The notes: generated by a model not told the origin, from the sequence alone. A DNA stretch of 63,912 nt, filler included, from Craspedostauros australis (GCA_030167865.1; 19 parts of 19 records of this genome joined end to end with filler, not necessarily neighbours in it); one strand, 5' to 3'; shown: positions 35,118-48,541, numbered from the whole stretch's first letter. Translations and numbers: made by a program.

Positions 35118-35913
35118 CGATCTGGACCCCAGCCTGGGCATCTGGGTGTCGAATCAGCGCAAGCTGAACCGAAAGAACAAGCTCAGCGATCGGCGCAAGG
35201 CCAAGCTCAACAGCATCAACTTCGTTTGGGCGGTCAAGGCGAGCGCCATCCGCAAGAAGCCGCTGGACATGAGCACGCATGACAGGAAATGGCACAGGAT
35301 GTACCAGCAGCTGAAGGACTACAAGGCGCAGCACGGTACATGCAACGTGCGCTTCAACGACAAGAAGCACAAATCGTTGGCGCTGTGGGTCACGACGCAG
35401 CGACGCAAGAAGACTTGGTTTCACACGCAGCCGATCATTCGGGATGATCGCAAGAAGCTTCTGAATGAGATTGGGTTCGATTGGGGCAGCGGCGTTCCAA
35501 CATCATCTTCTCCTCGGCAGAGGAGGCTGCACGATGAAGGCGCTGGCGAGGGCGCTGATGGTGGGAACAACGAATCGGTCGATGCCGTCGCTGGCGGTGT
35601 GAGCAGCATGAACACAAATGCCGCCACAGCTGTGGATGCAGATGTTGTCAACGACAGCGTGGAGGCGGGGGACCACCCGCGCAAACGCTCCGCGCAGGAT
35701 GATGGCGCGAACAGGCGGCCGAGCATGAAAAGGTCGAAAAAGAAGAAGGAGCGCAAGAGACCAGCAACGTCGCCAACGAAATCGGCAGCCAAGGCAGCTC
35801 GTTCAGGCACGGTCACGCGCGCAGGCATTTATGCTGGCACTCCATTCGAACAAGGCATCGCGTTAGCCATCCCGACTGAGATGGAAACAAGCATCGAAGA
35901 GGGGGAGATATGA
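35118..35913 (+). CDS. Helicase-associated (HA) domain repeat protein, 3' part
   Basis: LGIWVSNQRK...RKAKLNSINFVW and KWHRMYQQLKDYKAQHGTCNV...LALWVTTQRR...RKKLLNEIGFDW. Confidence 0.9.
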
Positions 35914-36067
35914 GGCTGCAGCCTGCTGAGGGGACACCTGAATGACAGAGGAATATCATCAGGGAGAGCGCACGTGACGGGGTTCGAGCATTCACTTTAC
36001 ACCAGGTTGAGAATACCATTGAGAATACCATTGAGAGAGAGAGAGAGAGAGCGAGCAGTCCGCGAGC

Positions 36068-37713
36068 GTGCTGGTACAATTATGCTTCCAGTTGCAATCG
36101 CAACCAGGTCTACAAAAGGATAAACACAACAACAACACAGGCACGTCGTTTGGAGACAACTTTCGCATGCTGCCTTCCACAACCACCATGGTGAGGAACG
36201 AAGACGAGAATGCTGGGAGCATCGCCAACGCCAACGCCAACAGCAGTGCCAACGCCAACAGCAGTGCCAACGCCAACAGCAGTGCCAACGCCAACAGCAG
36301 TGCCAGCAACGACCGCAGCATGCGAACGACCGCAGGTTTTGGAATCCTTCCCTCCTCTTTGCTATCAAGTTCCGCCGCAACAGATCACAGCACATCATCA
36401 CAAAGGGCGCCGACCAGTCTAACCACGAACATGACAACTGGCACAAGTGGCAGCATTGCGGATGAAAGCTATCTGGAGGCCGCCATCCTCTCCGTCTACG
36501 ATCTTACAACGAGTCGTCAGCCCATTGCGGTGACCATGAATATTGGCAACGTGACTGTTTCCACAGGGCCTCTGGTTGCCAATCACATGGATCGAAACTC
36601 CTCGCGGTTCAGCACTGGCAATGCATCCACGCCAGCATCGGCAGCTGTATCGTCCAGCATGCGCGCTTCATCAACGGATAGCGAGAACAACGTCAATACG
36701 AAAACCCCTTTCCGCTGCTGCACAGATCGACCACGACGATCTGCGTGATCTGTGATGACCCAGATCTCAATCTGGAAACGAAGCTCTCGCTCAACGATTT
36801 GCGCATTCATCGACCATCCTGGCAGATTCTCAATTTCATCCAATCGCCATCACCAACACCAACACCACCTGCAGCAGCAACAACTCGAAGGATACCGAAT
36901 GCTGCAGGCAAATCTGCAACTACTCCTACGGCGACAGCATTGGCTGCGGCAAGATCATTCGCTTCATCGGTTGGCGATGGCGTCAGCGACAATCCATCAC
37001 CGACCATTCGAGTCAAGCTTCATCTGGATGCCCCGTACCGACCCGAAATCGCAGCGTTCATCGCCATCGCATAATGGTGGTTCCATCTCATCGATCCATC
37101 CGATGATTGGATACGGGACGCTGCATCCAAGATACGCCTACCGACATCCTCCAACATGATTCCCCTGCCATTGGTTCCGCTCATCACGGTCATCGTGGTG
37201 GCGTCGCCCATCATGTTGGGCACGCTCATCGTTTTCATGCCCGTCGCGTTGCCGTTCTTCATCATCGCGACCCCCTCAATCGTCGCGTCCGGCCTCGCGA
37301 TGTATTCCAGCACACGGCATGGACGCGAGCATGTTGGCGGCACGGTGTTCACACCCTTCGCCGATTCGTTGCTGTTGTCATCCAAGGCAGGGCAGCGACT
37401 GATCTATCAAACTGGACCGCGCCCAACACCCGTCAGCCTCGTGCGGCACGTTCTGTCGACCGATCCCAACTCCCTCTGGGTGTCGTTGGCGATAGGCTTC
37501 GTGGGTTCATCGTCGTACCTGTTGCCGGTCGTCGGCAAACTGTGCGATGTGATATGCACGCCGATCCAATTCATACCGGTGATGGTCATGTACGACTCCG
37601 TCCACTCCAGCTTGAAGTACGTGAGCCTCGTGGAAGAGCTGATGCCGTTCACAGATATCGTGTCAGCGGCGACAATTGGATGGACCAGGGAGCGCCACGG
37701 TGTTCATTCGTAG
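36068..37713 (+). pseudogene. Disrupted membrane-protein gene (C2-like N-region and C-terminal hydrophobic domain); frameshift near 36700-36745 and in-frame TAA at 37072-37074
   Basis: ORFs 36745-37074 and 37156-37713 share a frame and read through TAA as IAIA*WWFHLID...NMIPLP. The upstream ORF (LEAAILSVYDL...) is in another frame. An 18-bp tandem repeat encodes (NANSSA)n at ~36225-36305. Confidence 0.55.
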
Positions 37714-38321
37714 GCCACCAACGAGTCGAGGATGGAGGAAATGTGGCAAGCCGCGAGACCCGGTCATGGCCGCCGGCCGTTTGCGTTGCGACTCCATGCG
37801 GCATGCGCAGATTTGCCGATGCCTACCATACTCGGACACGCAGACGCTGTGGAACCGACAAGTGATATCTTCTCTCTCTCTCTCCAGAGACTTCCAACGC
37901 TTCCAGTTTCGCTCTTTTCTCCTGGTCCATAATACTATTACGAATGTTGGGTATGAGAATGGATTTCATGCAGTCCTCGTACCCGGAGCGTATCACCCTG
38001 GAATAAACATGGATCCGATCAAAATAGCGTGAAACACACCTGCCATACGTACAAGAAATATTCTGCGAGCTGTCTGCATACGATAATACGAGCTATGCGG
38101 ACGGAGGAGATTGGTAATGTACGTATGTATGTGCTTCTGTGAAGACATTCTAACATGTATCATATCATGGAGTAGATCGTTCATTCTTCAATCCTCGAGC
38201 TTCGATGGCATCTCTCATCCCATGGTCAAGGATTGTGACACAGCCTGGTGAGAGACCACCATCTGCCTTCATTGCTGCAACAGGAGCTGGATGCACGAGT
38301 ATCCATACTCATTGAGTTGTG

Positions 38322-41300
38322 TCATTTGGGGCTCTTCGACAACTTGCTTGATTTCGGTGACTTGGGAGACTTCGTCTTGCTCTCCTTTGATGACTTGTCC
38401 GATTTGTATGATTTCACCCCCTTGGTGCTGCGCATGTAAGATGGTTGGGAGGAAGGGAAGGACGACGGTGTGGATGACGGCATCTTCGAGTTACCGTTGC
38501 AGAATTCCAGTGAACCCATGAAGTACTCAAAGAAACCACCGTAGAGAGGAGGAGGATAATCACCGACAACATCGCTCGCCGTTCCCGTAAAGATAGTGAA
38601 TGGGCAATTGTCGCAATCAATCCAGTCTGGAGGGATGGGAATGATGTTGATCGTGAATTGCCTCCCCGTGCTCGTTCGTGTATCGATCCGGATGGAGATC
38701 ACGTCGTCGCTTTCGGACACAGCCAAAGGTTGGTCGAATGCAATCACGTCTGTGAATTCACCATCACCTCTGGCCTCGATCGTTCCCGATGCAAGTTCTG
38801 TCCAATTCCCGGGTGCATCCCACGTACTTGGGCGATAGAAGATTGTGAAAGTTTGGTTCCCCGTCGATGGCAGGACAAGCCTCATGCCTGTGATGTCGAC
38901 ACTATCCAGAATCTGAATGTCGTGTCGCACTGAAGCGACCGAGTCGGTCAATAATGATCTTGGCAGACCTGCTGTTTTTGCGTCGCGGCAGGTGTCTGTT
39001 GGTGCCTGTGTGGGGCCTGCGGATGGCTGGATTGTTGGCGATGTTGTTGTAGTGGGGGAAGCAGATCCAGTTGGCATCTCGGTGCTCAAATCCGGACAGA
39101 ATTCGAGGGTGCCATAAAAGACGGGGAACCCAATGCGGTAATTGGGCGGTCTGTTTCCAACTTCGAGGCTACCTTGTCCGGTGAATACCTCGAATGGGCA
39201 GTCTGGACACTCGAAGAAGTTCTCTGGGATCACAATCGGAAAGTCCGAGGCCAAACTCCTCAACCTGTCGGCCATGTCAATGCGGAAGGATACAATGTCA
39301 TCCTCCGCAGACACCACCACTGGCTGATCAAATATGAGGGAGGGGGACAAGCCAGACGAGTCCTTTTCTCCGTTGTTTCCTGATGCAATCTGAGTCCAGT
39401 TGCCATCGGCATCCCAGGTGCTTGGGCGGAAGAAGATCGTGTATGGCATGTTGGTGAATTCAGCAGCCACGGAGACCTTGATGGCGGTGAGTTCGACGCT
39501 GTCCAGTATGCGAACATCGAATCTGAATGACTCAGTGCGCTTAGGTAAACGAGGTTCGCTGAAGGATGTGAATTCCCACGTGCCGCAAATTTCGGTTGGA
39601 GCAGACGAGGGGGATCCCACCATGGTTGGAACATTCGATGGAGGCGATGACGATGATGGCGCCATAGAAACGGATGGTGTCGCGGTTGGCGGTTGACTGA
39701 AATCCAGTTTCACGCTCACCGTCGCACACATGGGTGTGGCCGAGTCATCGTCGATGTTGGATACCGAAATGACGATCCCATCCAGCAAAGACGACTGGGC
39801 GTCAATTCTGTACGATGATTGTGCCATGTTCAGGATGGCCTCCAGGTGAGAGAATCGCGTCTGGGTGGTGCCGTGGTCTTGTGCCCTTGTCACGAGGACC
39901 TGATCCCTGCCCAGCGGAGAATCGGCGTTGAAGCCNNNNNNNNNNNNNNNNNNNNNNNNNNNNNNNNNNNNNNNNNNNNNNNNNNNNNNNNNNNNNNNNN
40001 NNNNNNNNNNNNNNNNNNNNNNNNNNNNNNNNNNNNNNNNNNNNNNNNNNNNNNNNAAGTCGATGTCTTGACCTCCGGTGAGCAATGTGGTCTGATCGGA
40101 GTACCACCCCATCACCCAGCTCTTGGCACCTATGTGTGGTGGAGGAGCAGGCGCATGAGTAATGATATTGAAGGGGTAGGTTTGCAGCATGAACATGAGG
40201 GTGTGAAATGATTTGTCGTGGACGTAAAGAACGAAACGATGGAGAAGGTAACGATTGGTGAGACAGTGTACGTAGAGTGTCGCATTGTATCACATCGCGT
40301 GCGATGAGGTGACAAGACTCCTCCTGGAACGGAATCATCTGGGCCCTTGCTCTCCACAAAGCAACGGCGTCGTAGCACTTACCGTTGTACCCCACCTTAT
40401 CGGTCAGCGTTTCATTAAAAAATGGACTAAAAACTGCTCCGCCCATCGTGCCGCTGCGAAATAATGGTCGATGTTGGGGTTGGAATTCAATGGCCGGAAA
40501 ATATCAGAAAACGAGGAAGAGGATCCACGAAGACGGGGGTTAGATGGGCTTCGAACGAGAAAGAGGGTCCCTGCCATGTGATGAGGACCAGAACATAGCA
40601 CACGTGTCCAATGTGCTCTCTCCGAAGTTCGATTGTGTGCGTTCTTGTGTCTGCTCGTCCATCTGTCCACAAAGATTGATGCAGAATGTCACAGATCGTC
40701 TTCAACCTCTTTCTCTCTGCCGGCACATTGGTTGCGCTTACCTGAAATCTTCGTACTCTAACCCGTACCAATTGGAATGGCCAAGCCCAAAGTTGTGACC
40801 GAGTTCGTGGACGATTATGGAAGGGTTGGTTGCCCAGTGCGTGCCTGGATAGTTTTCGACACCGTTGTACATGCTGATCTTTTGGTCGAAATAAGCGTAC
40901 GCTGTGAATCAGTGGTGTGTCGGTTGCATTGGTGCGCGTTGATAATCGGGAGAGTTTGATTCGCACGGAAGAAAGATGGTATTGCACGGTGGAGTGAGAT
41001 GGGTTGGATAGGAGTATGAGCACGGGTGGAGCTCGTCACGATACCAGCGCGTAATGTTGATATGGAAGATACGAGCTGTGTGGTCCTTCTCGGCACTTAC
41101 CGGTCCAATCAGCTCCACCTTCATCCGACCCGAACGGGACCATGATCAAGAATAAATCAAAGTCATCATAGATCTTGACCTCCTGCTTCAGATATTGTGA
41201 GATGAGATTATCAAACAATATTGCCTCGAGAGTGGTGGGATCGACGTCAGGGGGGAACTCAATTGTCAAAATCCCATCATCTGTCCCATTCGTCGGCATG

Positions 41301-42100
41301 GTGGAGAGCCTCAGCTTGTCAAAAGACATGGCNNNNNNNNNNNNNNNNNNNNNNNNNNNNNNNNNNNNNNNNNNNNNNNNNNNNNNNNNNNNNNNNNNNN
41401 NNNNNNNNNNNNNNNNNNNNNNNNNNNNNNNNNNNNNNNNNNNNNNNNNNNNNNNNNGGACATCAGGAGTGGTCAGAGAACGACCATGTCCATGGCCATC
41501 GCTTTGTTCGCTTCGTTGATGATGCTCGATCGTCATGTCATCGATGATCTTCAAGTCCGGCAGCCTCAAGGAGAAGTCGGTGACATCGATGATGACATCC
41601 TCCAGAAACAACGTGGACTTGGAAGAGGGAGTTGGCCATGCCTTGTTGTTGTTGGCCCATTCCGGCGTCAGCCCTTCGATGGCCATATGCACAGGCCCAT
41701 GTGCTTCCTCATCGGAGCCTTGGAGCATGCAAGATAAGTCAGTTGCATCCGTTCCGTCGGCAGCGCCNNNNNNNNNNNNNNNNNNNNNNNNNNNNNNNNN
41801 NNNNNNNNNNNNNNNNNNNNNNNNNNNNNNNNNNNNNNNNNNNNNNNNNNNNNNNNNNNNNNNNNNNNNNNNNNNNNNNNNNNNNNNNNNNNNNGTGACG
41901 TGACGTAATGTGTTGTGATGTATTGCATAATACAAGGTACAGAATCATGGTTGAGTTGAGGATGAGATCATTGAATTGGATGCACGTACGCGTATGTCTG
42001 TGGATGCGGATGCGGCAAGGCAAGAATGCCAGCAAAGAAGGAGCCCCCACACGTCGAGACAACAGTGACAGTTGCCATCTTGCTCGTACTCACCAGCCAC
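38322..42100 (-). CDS. Multi-exon secreted gametolysin-like (peptidase M11) zinc metalloprotease with two C-terminal repeated domains and a Lys/Ser tail
   Basis: Exon 40901-40742 (AG...GTAAG bounded, absent from the ORF track) encodes YAYFDQKISMYN...IIVHELGHNFGLGHSNWYGLEYEDF (HExxHxxGxxH at 40809-40777). Later exons give GTMGG...GYNG and AKSWVMGWYSD. Upstream AMSFDKLRL. The 5' boundary is approximate because of N gaps. Confidence 0.85.
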
Positions 42101-42206
42101 CTTGACNNNNNNNNNNNNNNNNNNNNNNNNNNNNNNNNNNNNNNNNNNNNTTAATTAATTAANNNNNNNNNNNNNNNNNNNNNNNNNNNNNNNNNNNNNN
42201 NNNNNN

Positions 42207-43379
42207 AACCAGCCTCGCACCACATCTCGGCGCAAGGTCAACAACGCCAAGACCAGCGGCTCTGCTGGCAAAGGCAATGGCAAGGACTATGCCAAGGACG
42301 ACCGCCGTTCCATTCCCAACGAGGAATGGCGCGAGATGTCCAAGGATCAGCGTAAGGCTTTCCTTGAGGCAAAGGGCAAGTGGCGCAAGAACAAGGGCAA
42401 GGGCAAGGCTGACTCCCACCGAGCTGCCAACAACGCTGCCACATCTTCGGGTACCACCGACACTCCTTCCGCGACTCCGCCTGCTGGTAACACCGACTCT
42501 TCCAAGGCTGGTGACCAGTCCACTGCCATCAATCGCCTTCTCGCACAGACCAAGTCCACCTCTTCGTCTGACGATACTCCTCAGCTGGTCTACAAGGGCC
42601 AGACCTGGCGCCTTGCCAACTCCACGGTGGTCCGGTACAGCTTCAATAAGCTTGTCAAAGACCACTCTGGCTCTCTCGTCGACAGCGGTGCCAATGGTGG
42701 CCTGGCTGGCGATGACGTCCTCGTTCTCTGCAAGACAGGGCACACTGCCAATGTCAGTGGCATTGGTGACTCTGCCATCGCCAACCTCGACATCGGTACG
42801 GTTGCTGGTCTCATCCAGACCACCGAAGGGCCCATCATTGGTAAATTCCACCAATACGCGCTCTACGGAAAGGGCAAGACCATCCATTCATCCAACCAGC
42901 TTGGTACCTTCGGAATGGATGTCAATGAACGCCCACGGAATCTCCCTGGAGGTCGCCAGACCATCATCACACCAGGAGGCCACACCATCCCACTGGCTGT
43001 CCGGCAAGGCCTGTCCTACATGGACATGGCCAAGCCCACCTGCTCCGAACTCGACAAGTATCCACATGTCGACTTCACCGCGGACGACGAATGGGACCCT
43101 TCTTCCCTCGACCAGGAGATGAACCTCGACGACNNNNNNNNNNNTGACGCCGCAGCACTCCAGCGCCGCGAGAACAACTCTACCGTTCTCACGGCCTACA
43201 CTGGTGCTCGCCAAGCCGACATTGCTGACAACCCGGGCAGCATCATTGCCACTCGCAAGCCTGCCGACTACGAGGCTCTCCGCCCCCACTTCGGTTGGAT
43301 ACCAGCTCGTCGCGTTCGCGACACTCTTCGGTGCACCTCCCAGTGGTACCGTACCGCCGAGCGCTTCTCCATGCGCAAG
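42207..43379 (+). mobile_element. Diatom copia (CoDi-like) gag C-terminus, aspartic protease and pre-integrase fragment
   Basis: LVDSGANGGLAGDDV (protease), GPIIGKFHQYALYGKGKTIHSSNQL, GGRQTIITPGGHTIPL...GLSYM, FTADDEWDPS, DYEALRPHFGWIP. Confidence 0.9.
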
Positions 43380-43479
43380 NNNNNNNNNNNNNNNNNNNNN
43401 NNNNNNNNNNNNNNNNNNNNNNNTTAATTAATTAANNNNNNNNNNNNNNNNNNNNNNNNNNNNNNNNNNNNNNNNNNNN

Positions 43480-44560
43480 CAACACAACCCACCACCACAA
43501 CACAACCCACCACAATGAACACGACGCACCACAACACAACCCACCACAATCGCCACCATCACCACGACGCACCACAACGAACACGACGCACCACAACACA
43601 ACCCACTACAAGCACCACGATCACCACGACGCACCACAACACAACCCACCACTGTGATATTGTGTCCAGATGTCAGCACTGATTAGACCAGCGTAGGCAG
43701 TGGTGAGATCGTGAGCTCTGGTTTGGAGATAATTGTTATTGTTAGTTGTCAATTAGTTGGTTTGTCTGTTGGTTGGTGAGTTTGTTAGAACTCTTGGATT
43801 ATGAGATGAGGATGAGATGTTTTTCTGGACTGATTGCAAGTTGCAGGGTCAGCAGCATCTCTTCGTGTGAACGACCGTGATCATCATCTTCATTCAGTTT
43901 GCATTCGTCGTGATGCGCCGCGTTATCGGCCATGAGCATCATCGACATTCGGCTTGATTCAGTCGCGATGCGCCGTGGTATCGGCCATCAGCATCGTCGA
44001 CATTCTGTTCGTTTCTCTCGCACTGTCCTGTGTTATTCTGGTCTTGGTCTTGCATTGCGATTGTGCTCCGATATCGTATTCGGTATGGTTGATACTCCTC
44101 ATCCGATTCCACGGTTGATTCGGATGTGTTTTCTGTGTTTTTGTGTTTCGGACTCCCACACGATGGACATTGTTGAAATGTGGCGCGCAGTGATAACTTC
44201 GATTCGTAGATGTCTCCGTGATCAATCCTCCGTGATCGAAGAGTTGCTTCCGACACGGTCGGGGAATTCTCATGCCTCAATTTTTAGTCACTGGAATGAT
44301 CCCACAACCACGATCACCACGACCCAGCACAACACAACCCACCACGCTCACCACGACGCAACCACAACGCAACAGAACGCAACAGAACGCAACAGAACAC
44401 AACACATGACATGACCCACCACAACACACCATGGCGCAACACAACGCACCACGACACAACACACAATGTGACACAACACAACGCAACAGAACACAACACA
44501 ACGTGACGCAACACAACGTGATGAAACACAACACAAACAAACAAACACCTCACACCAACA
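43480..44560 (+). repeat. CA-rich minisatellite (CACCACAACACAACC / GAACACGACG units), split by a solo LTR
   Basis: Repeats at 43480-43652 and 44307-44560 use the same units and orientation as 57560-57808. Confidence 0.85.
43653..44306. mobile_element. Solo LTR, 654 bp, with 5-bp target-site duplication ACCAC
   Basis: ACCAC|TGTGATAT...ATCCCACA|ACCAC. TG...CA termini. Removing it restores the minisatellite phase (accac-gatcaccacgac). Confidence 0.82.
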
Positions 44561-44565
44561 CAGCA

Positions 44566-47054
44566 ATGGTGGGCTCTGATGTCCGCTTTTACAAAGATGG
44601 GCCTGATGCAGCTGCCTTGATGAAGGCACTAATCGATGACCCAACAAAATGGAACTGGGAGCCAGAACCTCTGCGTCTCCACCATTCATTTCTACGTAAG
44701 TATGATTACAAAAAAATTGTTCGGAGTCTACGTGACTTCAAACAAAGTTTGGTCAAAAAGAACTTGTTCCACAGTAAGTGCACATGTGGTTGAAGTGGTT
44801 CCGTGTTGATGTGTGTGCTGAAGTCTCTGTTCTCTGACCACCATGTGATCAAGCATCATTTGTGTACAACATCACCATTCCACCCAAGTCTCACCCCTTG
44901 CCTTTCTCTGTTTGTGGTACACACCAACATGTGTGGTTTGCACATTGCAAATGCAACAAAGTGGATGGCCAGCCCCATCAGAACTCTCAATCAAAGCTTG
45001 GAGCCAAGATCTGTCCACTTGACAACATGGACACCACAACATCCACCTCTGACAATCACAACCACAGCAACAACATCTCCAACACAGAAAAGAGAACTAA
45101 CAAGGAGCATTGTCACAGCCACACAGCAAGACTCAGAAGTCCACGCTGTCGCAACCACCAGAGGGCACTCAAGCACACCCCAGCTTCAACCCATGCTGCA
45201 GAGGATACTGACAGCAGCGTCCAGAGCATGTCGGATGCTTCAAGCCATGATTCCAATGTTGTGGACAGTGACTCCAACCACGATGTTGGATATGTTGAAT
45301 CAAAACTTCAGCCGGTGTTGCCCCCACACAAGGACCCACCCAGTGACCCCATCACTGCAAGGTTTCAACGTTTCTTCAACCTTCCAGAGGAGCAACATGT
45401 CACACAGTTCCACAAACTTCATTGAACCATAGAGGTGTTCCACACAACACAAGTGTGGAGGCCTCCTGGTGAGAAGTATTGGATGATTGGTGTGGACTTC
45501 CACATGCCAGCCTGCATCACCAAACGTGATGCGACTGTCACAATTGAGAGCCGAAAGGTTGGCAGCATACCCCGCATGTTCCTTGTCCTCATCTACAAAC
45601 CACCAGAGGCTTTTGGAAAAGATGGGAGTATTGTTGATGTCCTTGTGGAAAAGCTTGGCCATTCTTTCTCAGATGCCAGTCAGAAACGAGCTGCACACAT
45701 TCAGCAATTCTGAACTGAGGACTTTGGGCAATCCTTTCGGTCAGAAATGCTCGTTCCAATGCCATTCCCAATTGACACCATCTTTTGCGATATGCCATGC
45801 AGGAGGTTGGGAGGATGTGTGTGGCTTCGTCATGCAGTGGCAGACAACAAAGGCACCATGCATGACACACTCACCATCACCGTTCGACTCAAAGAAGCAA
45901 CAACAAGTGTTGGTGTGACCAGGCACTTCTCGACCTGCCATGGCCTTGGCTTCACAGACGTCAAAATGAGCATGCAGGTTGGAGATGTCCCTGCCACCAA
46001 TGGTGGTATCAACACACCAAGCAGCACGGATGCAAACAACATGGCATATGCAACCAGCAGCATGACGTCATCCAGGACATTGTTGGTCACACAGGAGAAG
46101 GCTATTCTTCCAGCACTTCCTACGTTTCAACAGCAGAAACAACTACCACCTGTTGTGGGCGATGCCATGTCTGTGATGACTGAAAACACAGAGCTTCTCC
46201 AAGATCACCTTGCTCTGCAGAAGGCACGAATTGCGAAAATGGAGTTGCAACTGGCTATCAAGATGGAAGTGAGGCGTGCAAAGAAGAGGGAGGCTACAGG
46301 AAATGTCAACAAAGCAAAGGCATTCAGAGACGTCCACCAAATTGATCAACCAACAAAGAAACTCTGCATCCGTGGAGATGAACAGGGGAGCAACAAGGCT
46401 AATGTGGACATCAATGTGCCTTTGGGATCTAACAGGTGGTGGGAACATGAGGAGATAACTCTGGATGCTGCCTTGATGGAAAAATCTGGACTACCAATTA
46501 ACAGAGGTGATCTGCACAGCAAAGAGAATGCTGTGACGATACATGTTCCAAAAGAGAGAGCAAACTATGGCTGTCAACAGGGTGCAGTCATTGGTGAAGG
46601 AGAGAACAGTGGCCGCATACTGCCAATGCCATCATCGACTGTGGCGAAAGCCATAGACAGTGCACATCATGCAGTGGATGATGTCGTGATGATGCCACCA
46701 CCACAATCACCTCCAAAGGTTGCACCGGGGGAAGCAGTTGTGGACAAAGTCTCAGAAGCAACTCACACCGACATGAACCCAGCAGCAGAAGATGCTACAA
46801 CACACCCAACAGACCCAGAAAAAGAGGCAACGCATCCGCAATCACCAGCAACCACAGCACAAACGCAAGCAGAAATGACGAAGGGAAATGAGACGACAGA
46901 AGAGCCGGAAGCGGTGCAACAGCAACAAAATCAGAATGAAGCCAACAGACGAAAGGGACCAGATGCCCAAGCCAATGTGGGGATGAGAACACGACGACGA
47001 GCAGCACAGGAGGAACGCAAAACTGATCGAGGACAACATGAAGACAACAACTGA
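44566..47054 (+). pseudogene. Accessory gene of the Harbinger-type element (unknown family), with an intron from 44774 and in-frame TGA at 45423-45425 and 45711-45713
   Basis: Exon 1 MVGSDVRFYKDGPDAAALMK...NLFH then GTAAGT. ORFs 44862, 45435 and 45747 share one frame, separated only by single TGA codons. Lies inside the right TIR. Confidence 0.65.
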
Positions 47055-47364
47055 TGAGGTGAAACTGGAGAGGAGAGTGTATGAGTATGCAAGTGAGACT
47101 AATGCACTAAGCTAACAAGAATGATAATGGTCATTGCTGCAGTCATCAACCTTGTGTTAGCCAATGCATGTGGTGACAGCTAGTCAGCAGGGAACGAGGA
47201 ATGTATGCTGTGATGTGGACCCAAAGAAATCAATCAGAGAAACCGGACATCGTTCAGAACACAGTGAACACAAAAAGAGACCAAAAAGGCACAGGGAGTT
47301 TTGGAGAATACACAAGAATTTCTCACCATTTGGTAGCAACCACCCATTTTCGCCATTCTTTTTG

Positions 47365-47406
47365 CTGCGTCGTAATGTGACAAAAATCGTGATTTCCCTT
47401 CCCCCC
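47365..47406 (-). repeat. Right TIR of the Harbinger-type element
   Basis: The reverse complement GGGGGGAAGGGAAATCACGATTTTTGTCACATTACGACGCAG matches 51508-51551. Followed by CTC. Confidence 0.8.
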
Positions 47407-47671
47407 CTCGGGACTACTTGTCGCAATTGATGTCATTCACACATCAATGCGAGTACCAGCGTACGCACAGCAAACGCAAATGCCAACCACACCATACGAC
47501 GACGTCACATCAGCACTGGTGTTTACGTACAACTCTTTGATGAACAGACGTGACCGTGGCCAAACGCGTCCAACCCAAGAATCCTTGGGACGGATGTGAG
47601 AACAAGGCAGTCCACGCCGCCAAATCCAACTACCATGGACTGTTACAATCCACGATACAACATGATGTGGT

Positions 47672-48441
47672 GTGATGCGGTGTGACATACCACCACAGGA
47701 ACCATTCGAAAGAGTGCTGCCTCGGGTTGAAGACAAGTCAATGTGCTCACAATTTCACAATCTCATCAACCACAACGCACAACCAACCACAACCAACCAA
47801 TTCAGGTCCCCCATGTCACAACGCACCCCAACCCATTTGGTCGCCAGGAACATGAGATCCCACCATCCTGGAATCACCCGGCACATGGTGCTTGTCGCAA
47901 GCATGGCCGCTTGCGTCTTCTGCATTCTCCAACTGAACTGCACCATGCTGAAGCAAGTGCTGCCACGCACGCAGTACTTGCGCAACATCTACGTCGTGTC
48001 TCCCAAAGAATACATCATGGTCGACGGCTCAGGCCAAGACATGCGGGCTCTCGCCAACAACTACGGAAACAAGGACGACGGGGAGAACTTCTTCGTCTCT
48101 CACAGCGATCCAATCTTCGCTGGCACTCCCATCTCCACTCGATCCTTCCAGACCGTGCGTAAGACGTACAGCACACAAAACGAAATCACCCAGCCGATGG
48201 CCGTCGTTCCCTTGCCAACTGGCTTCCAGGGCGAGTACAGACCGGAGACGCTCAAGGAATTCATCAAACTCGCAAGAACCATCTTTGACGATTCCGAGAT
48301 CGGCCGCTCCCTCCAAGCACGGTCGTCTCAGATTGAACAGCAGAACAACCTGCATGGCAGAGATTCGCCAGAGTACGCCATTGTGAGCATCTGTGTCGGA
48401 ATGGATCTGTGCGACATCTCCAAGCGCAACCACCAGCACTA
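47672..48441 (+). CDS. Hypothetical type II membrane protein, 5' part
   Basis: ORF open to the contig end with hydrophobic segment MVLVASMAACVFCILQL and C-ending codon bias. True start uncertain. Confidence 0.45.
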
Positions 48442-48541
48442 NNNNNNNNNNNNNNNNNNNNNNNNNNNNNNNNNNNNNNNNNNNNTTAATTAATTAANNN
48501 NNNNNNNNNNNNNNNNNNNNNNNNNNNNNNNNNNNNNNNNN

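Noticed and set aside
37072..37074. Stop-codon reassignment (TAA/TAG as Gln, or TGA as sense) suggested by in-frame stops
   Set aside because: Intact genes terminate at TAA (15265, 30559), TAG (49433) and TGA (21522). The internal stops are better explained by C>T mutation.
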